Assembly: GCA_047495785.1 (NCBI GenBank)
Contig: JBLDXI010000003.1
Coordinates: 2,170,001 to 2,234,000 of the forward strand
DNA length: 64,000 nt
Direction: 5' to 3'
Source of the DNA: Lepidodermella squamata
Lineage: Eukaryota; Animalia; Gastrotricha
Shown here: positions 34,680 to 47,100 of the stretch, one piece after another
Position numbering within the stretch: position 1 is the stretch's first letter
Layout: every line of letters begins with the position of its first letter
The notes under the pieces: model-generated
Databases searched by the model: none
Told to the model about the DNA's origin: nothing
The model's input: the letters and a program-made list of their open reading frames with translations, nothing else
Program-made: the position numbers and the translations under genes

Positions 34680-37600
34680 TTATTTTTGCGACTCGTAGAC
34701 AAATACCATGTAGATATGAACGACGAAACCAGCAAGAACTGATAGAAAAACGCTGATTTGGTCGAAGAATCTTATCAGATCACCTGGTCGGAGAATAAAT
34801 TTCGGCAACCCAGGAAACCCACGATTTTTATCGATTTCCAACCATATGTTCACATAGCAACAAGATACTAGCTGATAGACCGAGCAGGATGCTGCCAACC
34901 AGTACATGGCTGAGACATAGTCAATCAGCAGAATGCGTTGAGCTGTTTTAGCAACGTTGCTGGAAACAGTCGATTGCGCCACCCCCATTGCCAGCAAAAC
35001 AGCCATTGAGAAAGCCGGGCGGTCCGGAGCGTCGGCAGGAATAGCGAACGAAGCCGTTTCAACAAAAAACAGTACTGTGTTGGGTATGATGAGATTGTAC
35101 ACGAAGTATGACGGGTTTCGAACCAAGGTAATTGCGTAGTAGACAGCACTGCTCTTCGAGCCGCGATAGGTTATTAACGTGACATTCATGCCTTTGCCAA
35201 TTATGGTCCATCGGTCTTGGTCGTCATCGTCTTTCATGGCGATAAGAGGTTCTTTGAATCTCATTAGCGAGCTCGCACGATTAAGAGCGAAGATGAAAGC
35301 GCAGGTCTGTTTGTCGAACGGGTAATTCTGCAGTTGCATCTTACACGCGGCTGTGAACTTTCCGTCCTTTAACCAGAAAAACTGAAGAGTTCGATTATCG
35401 GCACCTTCCTCCACCGACGTGATTGCGATCAAATCTTCCCCAACCTCATCGGAGTACTGCAAAAAAACGTTGCCGTCTACTCCGTTTAATAGGTTAAACG
35501 GCGGAGTCCAAACGTCACTGGCTTGTGCGATGTATAACTGTTCGAATGTCCGACGCGTGGCTCTATCTGCGGGGCAAGTTTCGACAGACCACGTCAAAAG
35601 CAGCGTGCCGCTCACTGAGATTTTTTCTTGGACAGCATCAACGTCCAACAGTTTTTCGATCGCGAAAGCAGGACGAATGATTAGCGCGGTTTTATCTGGC
35701 GTCGGCGGAACGGCACGGATTGGCTTGAAATCGTCACACTGCTCTAATAGTTGTTGCGCCGTGACGTTAGCAAACGGCATCTCATCTTCCCCCTCGAACA
35801 TCGGCATGAGTCGTTGAAAGATGTCTTTAGCTGGTAAGGCTATTCTAGAAACAGATTGTCGATAGCTCTCAACGTCTAAAATGTCAAAAACTCATCGGAT
35901 TAATGAAAGCTAATCATTGACTGATGACTAACCCAGAGTTCCCGACTGATTCAAGATGCGCTGAGATTCTTTTGTCGAGGAGGCATAATCAGGACGGTTT
36001 GAAACTGCACGAGCTTGTCTTGCTCGTTTGCTCTTTGTCATGCAATCGTAGACATCTATCGAACGAATTTCCGTTACAACTGGTAGCGTATTTTTTGCGT
36101 TGCTGGCACCGATGCCAAAATACAAGCTGCTCGCGCCAGCAAGATTTATGAGAGGAGTACTCATCGGATGGTTCTCAACCATTTTTACGCAGTACGAATC
36201 GTCGAAATTACATGCATTCATTGAGATTAGGTTGTTTTGAATGCGTACCTGCCAGGTCGATTTTCCCATGACAAATGAGCTCAGGTACAACTGCGTATAG
36301 TTCACTGGCGCGCAAAAATCTGCCAAACCAGAACAAGACATTTCGCGCCACTTGTTTTCATCAGGGAGGGAAAAGGCAGCCCCATAAACGCCTTTTTTCG
36401 ACCCACTGACAAAGATACTGAGTCCTTCATAACGAAGTCTCTGGAATGGAACTGCAAAAGAAAATTTAGGAAAAACCTGTGTGTCTTTGGCGATCGACAC
36501 CATAATCGCAATTGAGGCTTGGATTGTACCATGGATGTGAATTAGCTAAAGGTCGCAAAATTCCATCCTCATTGCTGAGAGCGAATACGACACCCAACGG
36601 CAAGCCCTTTGAAAAGCTTTCATGGTCCAGTTCATTATAGTTGACACGAATATCCATTCGGATCTCAGCGTAGAAATCGGATAGCAGAGTGAAAGGCTGT
36701 TTGAGAAATGTCATTAGTCAATTCACGTAACAGTAAAATAGAACTAGTAAGTCAGTGAAACTTTCATCTAGAAATGTAAAGAAAACTTACCGCTTTTGAC
36801 CACAGTGATCCCTGGCGATCTGGTATACCTGACAGCAGTTTAATATTACCTCCGACAGCTGATGCGGCATTCAGGTCGAAAGGCGGGTAGTAGTTCCATC
36901 GACTTAGATCGGCCTGTTCCCTGAATGACCATTCTTCACGAGGCATTCCTTCGATGCAAGCTATATCCCGCGGACTGACGGGCGACGGGATTGCAACTGT
37001 GCCACAGTCCCACGTATCGACGCTGTGAAGATCAGTTACGAGCGACCTGTTACTTGGATAGTTACGTGCCGCTATCCCCAACGACATCCTTGCTGATGCA
37101 AATGATGTCTGCAGCGATTCGCCCAAGTCTTGATCCGTGAAAAGAGGCTGGCATGTGGAGCTGTTGAAAAGGCACATTTCAACAGTGAAAAATCGCCGCT
37201 TTACGCGTATCTTGATGGTTGATTTCGCTGTCAGGAAAGTATTGACAAAGTCTTGATTGATCTTCGAGCAATGATCTACGACGTTAGGAGTTTGACAGGA
37301 CCCCAAAGCCTTCGATGCATTCGCATTCGTTTTTATGACGTTAGCTTTCGTGTAGCCGTCGTAAGGATCCATGGAAATCATAAACCCTTATAACAAGGTT
37401 TTCCAAACATTCATCATTCGCTTGGGGAACACCTTGACTCACCTATGTACTCATTTTCGGATATCTCTTTATCCCTAACGAAACCGCTGATTGTTCTCGC
37501 GATACCATTCTGATTAGACAATGTTACCACAAGGCCTGTTGAGGCTCGTGATAATTGTTGAGGAAACGACATGGTCACTTCGATGTAGAAATCATCGAGC

Positions 37601-37919
37601 TTGAATGGCTAAGAAAAATTTAGAATAGCATTAATAACATTAGTGCTTAAATGCATTCACTAAGTGATATATTTACTTTGTTCGCCCATATTGCTCCATA
37701 TTTTATAGTTTCAGATGACAAAAGTCGAATACCGTCATTGGGCTGCCCGTTGGTGTTGAGATTTTTTGTCGGCTGATATTCCCACGAGCTAGGAATCTGC
37801 GAAAGATCACGGAATGAAAGCCCCGGCTGATAAACTCCGCCTGAACAAGGGGATCCAAAGGAGCCAGTTATGCTCCAGGAAATCAGCATCAAGAAAGGGG
37901 AAATAGTTCGCTTCAGCAT
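34680..37919 (-). CDS. Lectin-LGIC B: signal peptide + 2 L-type-lectin-like domains + short basic linker + Cys-loop channel subunit, 6 exons, ~980 aa
   Basis: Cys-loop CKMQLQNYPFDKQTC and 4 TM helices. Intron 35876-35932 joins QSGTL|DVESYRQS in frame. Lectin exons are collinear with gene A. Confidence 0.85.
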
Positions 37920-38699
37920 ACGTGTAAGAGTCAGGAGTCAGGTCAAAATCCAGATAAATTAGCACTGCTGAATAAGTGATTTTAGCATTAGATGGATGAA
38001 CAGGCTGAGTGCTCGGGAAGTATAATATGCTGAAAGTCTAATGGATCTGGCTTCTCTAGTATCTAGCTTTTCGATTCGCTCGATATGCTGTCTATACGCT
38101 AAACAGGAACGCATTTAGAGGATAGAGGAGCGCGTGAAAAGGGTAGCCATCCAAGTCAGATGAATATTTGAAAGGCTGATTGTTCAAGTACATTGTTTAG
38201 TAACTCGCGCATTTTAATTTATAGATTATTTAGGCTTGTGGGGTATTTAGACACATCCACATCTGTCATCGAATCGAGCAAGAAGCACGCGTGTAGCTAA
38301 ACACCAGTCATTAAGTGCTGTTCCCCAGCTTAGCAAGCCAATTGGTCGAATGTACAAATGTATATCATGAATTATTCATCGTGAACAGCAAGGCTGTCGA
38401 GGTGGGCTGAATAGAGCGCGCAGACGAACGCGTCAAGCGTCAGGTTCAAACGTTGAGTCTGCCAGTGAGTACGCTTGTGTGAAGAGGCACATCTTACAAA
38501 TTAAGAGTAAGAACAAATGTAAAAAGAATCGCCCCTCGCAATAGGAGAGCTGCTTCATTACCAGATGCTTCATTCTGCTATCTGACATTTTAGTGAAGCA
38601 GTATCGAACGGTTGAAGGCGCTTAATCAGTGAGCGAAGTACTCTAGGATGGTAAGGGTAGGGATCGTCCGTATAAGTTCAATCAGTCTACTCGGTCTGA

Positions 38700-38910
38700 A
38701 TGAATGGCCAAAGCGGTGACCCTCGATTTTCCCAATCCTTACCAGTTCTGCTGTCCTATTTGCTCTCTGCGTTTTCTCTCTGACATACTGAAATCTCACG
38801 TAAGCGAGCGATGCCGAATTTGTCTCCTGTAGTCTGGACACATGTATTTGGCAGATCTCATTAGAAAACTCGCCGTTATTGGTGCACACGCGGTTTGGGA
38901 GTCATGCTGG
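38700..38910 (-). mobile_element. Possible decayed retroviral-type (rve) integrase fragment
   Basis: LPNRVCTNNGEFSNE...SLAYVRFQ...TQRANRT resembles the P-x4-DNGxEF...Y-x-P...ERxNRT integrase core, with the catalytic residues decayed. Confidence 0.3.
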
Positions 38911-39470
38911 CCGCGCTTATCATTGTAGCGAAGTGGACAGTGGACAACGATTAATCTATCGTATATTCATATTGAGCTTGTTACCCGTTACAAATTTACT
39001 GAAATAGGCCGCTTAGACCGGGATCGTCACGGGTCATCTGAGGGTTTTGGATGAAACTAAGAACTGCGAAGAGGAAAGTTTTTGGATCGATAGAACTGCG
39101 ATATGAAGCTCACATTTAATGATAAGTTTACCTCTTTGCCTCACCTTTATTTCCGTCAATGATTGGTCGAAAGCGCGGCCGAAATTCGAAACTCGGATGG
39201 CAATGGCAGTATTGCTCGAAGACCTTGGAATTCATAAGCTCATTCATGTTGCATTTTGCAAGCACAACCAAATAACATTTATTTCGAAAAAAACAAGAAT
39301 CACTAGGTTTACAAGGAGAAAGGGGACATGTATCATCCAGCAATTCCAAGTAAAACTGAATCTAAAACGACTCGTATCTTTTTACTAGCTAACAAATTGA
39401 TCAAACAAATAACAATTCATTCATGTGAGAGCCCTCTATCAAATGACACTTTTCCCAACGACACAATGGC

Positions 39471-42400
39471 TTACATCGATCGGAAATAAATATCAATGAT
39501 GAACGAGTGGACGGCCGTTCCGCTGAAAAGGCACAAAACAAGAATAATACGGTCAAAAATCCTAATAAGACCGCCATTTCGAATGATAAAGGCCGGCACG
39601 CCTGGATTTCCACACGCATCATCAATCGAGCGCCAGACGCTTTCGTAGCAGCAGGCAACGAGCTGAAAAACAGTGCAACAGCCAGCTATCCAAAACATCG
39701 CAAAAGCATAGTCAATTAGCAGAATGCGTTGCGAAGTTGCGGCTACGTTGCTAGAGACAGCCGACTGCGATACGCCCATGGCAAGCATGACAGCGATGGA
39801 AAAGACTGGACGGTCAGGTTTATTCGCTGGTATAGCGAAAGAGCTGACTTCAACAACAAAAAGTACAGCATTTGGTACAATGAAATTATACACGTAGTAA
39901 GAAGGGTTGCGAGCAACAGTAATGATAAAAAACACGGTACTCGATTTAGTCCCACGGTAAGTTACGTGAGAAATGTCATATCCGCTCCCTATCAAAAACC
40001 ATCGATCCTGTTCATCCTTTCCTTGCAATAGGAAAAGAGGATTTTCAAAGTGGATCAACCCCTGAGCGCGATTCAGAGAAAACGCCAAAGAACAGGTCTG
40101 CTTATCGAATGGGAAATTCTGCAGCTGCATGCTACAAGAGGCTGTAAACTTCCCGTCTTTGAGCCAAAAAAACTGCAGCGTTCGATTCGGGGATTGTTCG
40201 GAATTCGAGGTCACTGCGATGAGATCTTCGGCGAATTCGTCAGAGTGCTGCATGTAGACACTGCCTTCCGCGCTGTTGAGAAAACGAAACGCCGGCGTCC
40301 AAATGTCGCTGGTTGTAGCAACATAAAGCTGCTCGAACGGGCGAGATGTGAACATGTCCTCACTGTCGGCTGCACACGTTTCAACAGACCAGGAGAGCAA
40401 AAGAGTGCCAGCGACAGTAAAGGTCTCCTGAATAACATCAACGTCGAGAAGCTTTTCGAGCCCAAAAGCTGGGCGCACTAAGAATGGAGATCGGTCAGGT
40501 GTAGGTGGGGCAGCTAGATCGGGAAGAAAGTCCTCGCACTGAATTGCTAATTCCCTGGCCGTGATGTTGGCGAAAGGCAGACCATCATCTCCGATAAGAT
40601 TCATAAATATGTTGAGAATTTGCATTGCAGGTCGTCCAATTTTAACGACTGAATCGACGAAGGTTTGCAAATCTTAATGGAAGAAATGAACTATCTTAAT
40701 TTTCTAAGAAACAGCGAATTCTCACCGAATCTCTTAGTGTAGTAGAGCATGTATCTACTTACTTCAGCAGGCGTTGTAGTTTCGAGTCTTGCCTGCTAAA
40801 ACAGGAATGACCAAAAGTGATAGCTGCATTTTTTGTACGGGACTACTACGAAATGAAAGGCTTCAAAACGCTAGAACGCTCGCATATGGCTGAAAATTAA
40901 TCTTCGAAAATAACATTTATATCTTTTTTGTGAAGAATACTCTGCATCTCAACTCTTATATGTTTAAAATATCAAACCGAATACATTTAACCCTGAAAAA
41001 CGTGGCGCCAGTGCTTCTAGTGCACCAGATTTTGAAGTTCAAATACTATTAGAATTAGATAGCGCAAATAATGCCTAAATTTATGAAGGAGCGATTTTGT
41101 CTACCTCGATATCCGGCTTAACGCTTGATGAAGCAGCATTCAATGATGCCGTAGATGAAATCGTTTTGACAGTCGTAAGGTTGAGAACACCTGAGACGGC
41201 TGATGTTGCAAGTTGGATAGCCGTTGTTGTAGAAAAGGCGGCCGATGTCGATGATTGGACGGTTGATGTTGTCGATGGGATTGCCGATGTCGAGGATTGA
41301 TTTGTTAATATAAAAGAGGTTGAAGGCGAACTGGTCGAGGGAGGTGTAGTGGTTGTGGTTGATAAGGTAGCACAGTCGTAGAAACGAATTGAACGCAACT
41401 CGGTCGTTAGAGGGTTAGCTGGATAGCCTGGTTTGTTACTAGCAGTTATTCCCAGGTAGTAGTCACCGACCAAACTGCTCAGCGGAACGCTCATGTTGAT
41501 GTTGCGGAGAAAGTTAACGCAGTAACTCATGTCAAAATTGCAAGCGTTCATAGAAAAAGATTGATTTGTGATTCGAACTTGCCATGTTGATTTCCCCATA
41601 ATGAATGAGCTTAGGACAAGTTGGTCAACTAGGCGGGGCGAACACCAATCTTGCGGTGACGCACCTGAGCAACCGCTGTTCCACCATTTGTTCGCATCGG
41701 GGGTTGTATAGATGGATCCCATTATTCCACTCGTGTTGTAGGCCTGAATATACTGTGTTAGGCCTGGAATAAAATAAGATACGCGAGATTGTTCATTACG
41801 AAGTGATCACCTGTAAGCTGACTTCGATCTACTCCGAAATCGAAGCCGAGTAGAGAGCTATTGCTCGGGTGGGTTCCCATGGATGGTCGCACTATGCCAT
41901 TTTGGTTGGAAATGACAAGTTGAAAGCCGTATGGTTTAGTTGCAGCAATCGTGTCATAAAACTCAGTGCATCTCCCAGTAAGATCGATGCTGAATTCGAT
42001 GTAAAAGTCGGAAAGCGCTGTCAAAGGCTGGCACAGAAAAGAGTAATTCTTATGTTCATTTTATCCTCAATTCTACAAAAGCCAACTCCAAGTCGTTAGT
42101 TAATGAGTGCGCGTTCCCTGATAATTTAGGAGACTACATTTCGAAATATTACACTTTTCTCAGAAATTTACAAGTACATAGTACGAGGTTATACTAGCAA
42201 AATTCTGAAATAACAAAGCTAAAATTCATACCGATTTTGCCCAAAAAGCGCCTTGCTGATCAGCCGTTCCTGAGAGGAGTCGCACGTTCCCTGGTGTTAT
42301 TCCAGTGTAATTCAAATCGAACGGAGGGTAATAATCCCAAAGAGGGAGATCCACTGCTGACCCGTATGACCATTCTCGGCGTAATGTTCCTGTTGGACAA

Positions 42401-43354
42401 GACAGCTCTGTTGGACTAACAGGCGATGCTACCGGGGTTGTTCCACAATCCCAGGTATCCACCTTCAAAACGTCGAAATTCATGTAGGCATAGCTTGGCG
42501 AACTTGTAGAGACCACTCCTAAAGCCATTTTACGCGGCTGCGAAGGATTCCATCAGCGTGTCATTGTTGCTGATCGACATTGTTCTTATGCAATCGGTCG
42601 TGTTAAAACGGCAAATATCGACTGCGAAATTGCGTGGCTGAACGCGCAGCTTCAGTGTCGCTTTCGTCTTAATGTAGGTATCGATTTCAGTCTGAGTCAT
42701 CGATTTGCAGTATTCGGCTTTTGTAAACATCATGATACACGCATACACCCATCTCGTAGGGTTAGCTTGATTTCTAATAACGCTTGCTCTCGTGAATTTG
42801 TTCCAACTAGGAAGGTCGATGTTAACAGTGAAACCTGTAGGGTTATAGTATGTGACAATTCAGTGTAAAATTTAGTAAACTAGCCAACCAATGTGATCTC
42901 TTTTTGATACACCATAAGTATCAGTTAGGTTCGCATTTAACTTGCCGTTTGTCGGCCGAATAATTCCATTTTGATTGGAGAAGATGATAGTAAAGCCACG
43001 AGAATCATTGAATGAGTTAGTGATAGAATATGTTAACTCGATGTAGAAGTCGATGAGTTTGAAAGGCTGAATGAAAAAGGCGAAGTCCTTCTTAACTTCC
43101 GAGTGTCTGACTAAACTTACCGCCCTTGCCCACATAGCGCCATCTTGCTCCTCGGGAATAGCATGCACCAATCTCACAGCATCGGTAGGCTGTGTTACGT
43201 TCGATGAAACATCAGGTGGGTAAAATTCCCATAGTGTAGGTAAGTCTGAAGGACCTGCGAAAGACAACGTCGGCTGGTATTCGCCGGTACCTGAGCAAGT
43301 TAGAGCTGTATAGGGATAAACGAAAATTGCCGAAAGCAACAAAATCAGATGCAT
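39471..43354 (-). pseudogene. Lectin-LGIC C: same architecture as A, but with a 1-nt insertion/stop in lectin domain 1
   Basis: Cys-loop CSMQLQNFPFDKQTC and 4 TM helices are intact. Introns 40796-41104 and 40673-40725 link stalk to channel in frame. At 42529-42532 the minus strand reads GCG TAAA ATG where paralogs have a single codon (SFASAQM / SFASARM). This could be a sequence error. Confidence 0.75.
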
Positions 43355-44188
43355 CGGTTGGTTGCTTTTCACTTTAAAAACGATTTCGACTAAAGAGCTT
43401 TGAAAAAGTGGTATTAGAGGACGGAGCGCAGCTAAGAGACGCCCACAAGAGTTATATTGTCAATCTTTACAGAAAGTAATGGATTGAGTGCTATGTTGCT
43501 CAACAATCGATCTCAATCTCAATATATTTCAGAGGTTGAATGATTCGCTACGTAGCGTCATATAGGTAGCGATGTTGAAAAATTCTGAATTATGTGAATT
43601 AGAATTGAAGCATGTAGCTACGTAATTAAAGTGCAGCCATTTTCCCAGGTTAGAATTCCAGAAAAATCGCACAATAGTGTGGAAGTTTTTAACATGAGAT
43701 TGGAAGTGTTTAAAAATGGTCCCGAGTCCGAATTCAAAGCCAGTCTAAAAGCTCCGAATTAATCAGATTTAGCTGTCATATTATCTATCGGCTGAAAATA
43801 GTACCTAAACCACATTTGCCGATTGAGGATTATTTCATGTATCTAACTTGAATATTCAAAGCCAACACGCCTTGAACACATACCTTGGCGAAAATCGCAT
43901 AGCTCGATACGCATTAATACGCATTTATTACTTATTATAAATACGCCAAGTAGCAGTAGAAACCGCGTTGTGACGATACATTACAATACAGCTTTACAAC
44001 GAGTGAACATCGGAATATTACCGGAACGTATCGCTGCTCTCTGCCATGTCGCTAAAACAGCATTAAAACACACTCGCTCTCAAGCAATTCGTTTTCATTA
44101 AATAGGAGAGACGTTTGTTGAAGTCATTACTAACGATTGATATAATATCCATTACTGCAAGGTGTGAGGCATGCATCGATTTACCATC

Positions 44189-47100
44189 TTAGTGTACTAT
44201 CAATGAAGCATAGACGTTAACAGTGAGAAAAACGTCGAGCGCGATGCAGAAGACAGCCACGTCTAACGCTCGAGCGTAGCAGAGCTTCATGAAGCTGAAA
44301 TGAAGCGTTGCCTGGCTGTTTAGAAACTCAGGGTAACGTACGGTGACCGCGAACATCACAGCCGCATAAAGAGTGATCATACAGGTTAGACCGCATAAGA
44401 TCAGAATATACTCAGCCATGAGCACGGATTCCGCTGTTTCTGGTATATTACGTAAGACGTCAGATTGCATGATGATCATGCTTAGCAGTAGTGTTCCAGA
44501 AAATGCAGGCCTATCAGGACAATCCGGCTGAAATACTAGCGACCCGAAGACTAAGAGCATCAAAATCCCGCAGGGTGCCATATTGTTCAGCAAATAAGGC
44601 GTCGGATCTCGCGAGAAAGCCACAGTGAATTTAGCATAACCAGCAGTTGCATTTCGCCGGAGCGGAGATTTTGTCACGCCATAAACTGACATTGAATTTT
44701 CAAGTTTCCACAGCTCGCTGTCGAAGGAGCCCTCGAATGCGAGCCGAACGCCAGCAAAATTTACGAAATGGATTGCCTCATCTAATACAAACGTGAAATC
44801 GCACTTCTGCGAGTCGAATGGGAACTTTCGCAGTTTCAGCGTGCATCTAGCATTCATCACACCCATTCTCGCCCAATGGAAGAAAAGCGTGCGATTCGGC
44901 GTTGTCGGGTAGTAAGCTATATGAACCTGTTCCTTCCAAGACAAACTGTTCTCAAGGTAGAGATCAGCAGTTGTGTTTGCCATGCGCATGCTCGGAACCC
45001 AAACTTTGTTGCGATCTATAGTGTAGACCCGATCAGCCTCATTAACTGCTGGAGCAGTTGTCCGCCAATCGCATGATCGCACAACCCATTGAGCCAAAAG
45101 CTTTGCCCCGACAATTATTTCGCGAATTTTGGCATTTATGTCAATGAGACGACGGAATTCGAGGGTAATGTAAACTTTTGTGTCTAAAGCAGGCGCCCTG
45201 TGAAACACATGAATCTTATAATCGACAAGTATCAAGGCCCATGAAATAGTAGCTTGCCTCATTTCCGAGTTGACGTTATCGCAAGATGTTATATCAGCCA
45301 GCTTTACCAACGGAAAGATATTGCCTTCCATCAAGTTTGGTATATCGAAATCCGCTGAACTATTCTTGAAATCATAAGTCCTGCTACTTGGAGTTGTTAG
45401 CCGAGCAGTGGTTGAAGCGGAAGCTTGCAATGACCAAGCGTACATCGATTTCACAGAGACATCAGAATTTGCACCGCCTATTCCGTGCAGTTTTATTCTA
45501 GCTAGTCCGGAAGCTAATTGAATTGCACTTAAGCCCGAAGCTCGAACATCGCTCAGAAGTATGATAGGTGAGATGCCACTATTGGGGACAGCAGGTGCAA
45601 TGGCAACCTTTCAAGTTCAAACGTAAGTATAACAGCCACAATGGCATTGTCGCTCAACTATCCACTTACCGTAACTTTATCATCAACAAACTGCAAAATC
45701 AAGCGAAAATAGGCATTTCCCGAGCTATTCAAGAAATTTTCGACAGGAAATGATTCGACATCGTTTGAAAGCGGAACATTCTGACTGTTCAGCCTTTCAG
45801 CTGCAGAATATGAAGAAGACAATTGAAGTATTGGAGCGATTTGCAATGGCAGAAGCAGGCCATCGAAATTGTTGGACGAGATCAAATGCCCCGAAGAGTC
45901 GATCGCTGTGACCAAGTTTAAATCAATCGGTATTCCCACAAGAAGAAAGACTTACCAAGCGCTGCAGGGAATGTTGAAATGCCAAAGACAAAATAACTTG
46001 AAGAATTGAGACTAAATTTAGACGTCATGTTCATTTCAACCCGAAAAGCATTAGACGCTAAACTGGCTGGTAAATGGTTTGACACTTCAGCCGCTCCAAA
46101 ATTGTTCATTCTCAGACTATTCGATGTCATAGCCGCTTTATTTTGCAGGGTAAGTTGGGCAGCGGTTTCAACTGCTGGATTAGCAAGATCGAAGGAATTT
46201 TGAGGCAGGAAAGTAGGAGGATTTGACCACAAATATGGTAGGCTCAGCGAGGAGATATCAGGCTGGGGAATTAACAGCATTTTGCTTGTAACCAATGATC
46301 CAGTAGAAGTAGTCACTACTGATTTTCCACTTGTGGTCATTGATGGAAGGGTCGTGGTTGGTTGTTCACTGCTCTCTGTGAGTGTTGACGAAATTATATT
46401 AGGCGTGGATGATGTGGATATGACAGTTGAACCCGTAGTCGACGCTGTTGACTGTGATGTTGTTTGGAAAACGGGAGTCGTTGTTGACTTACTAGTCGTA
46501 GAGACGCTCGTAGGCAACCCAGTTGTTGAATGGCTGGTTGAATCCGAAGTTGCCGTTGTCAAAATAGCAGTTGTACTTGGGGTCGAAGTCATTGAAGAAG
46601 AAGTCGAAGTTGGCATTGTAGAAGTAGAGGAACTTAGAGTTGACGTGCTCGATGGCGTGGTCGATGTTGTCGAAGTTGAATCTGACGATGATACGGTGGG
46701 TGTCGTAGTCAATATCGTTGTGGTGGATGTCAATATTGGCGTTGAAGTTGTAGAAGGTATCGTGCTTGTTGTGGAGGTTGAAGGTGTGGATGTTGTTGTG
46801 GAGGTTGAAGTAGGTGTTGTGCTAGTGGTTGTCGTCGATGTTGTCGTAGTAGAGCTTGATGTTGTTGGGGAGGACGTTGTTGTTGACGTAGTTGTAGTCG
46901 AAGTTTTCGTTGACGCGCTAGTTGCCAGATTCCAGAAGTAAAAATTTGTGACAAAGAACTCCGCACGGTTGCCAGTTCCAAAACCGTTTATCCGAAGTTT
47001 GACGCCGCCAGTAGCCCAAATGGCATTCATCCCGGCAAGATTTAGGTTGTCCACGCAAACTCCAGCCTGCAATGTGCTTAGTGGCGCCATCGCAACCGTG

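Noticed and set aside
28797-45454. Calling the channels nAChR alpha subunits, or stand-alone ORFs as in the ORF track
   Set aside because: They lack the loop C Cys-Cys and loop B Trp and have no signal peptide at the ORF starts. Upstream exons splice in frame.
46282-46941. Val-rich + strand ORFs (also 30192-30401 and 41097-41300)
   Set aside because: Antisense shadows of the Thr/Ser stalk codons of the lectin-LGIC genes.
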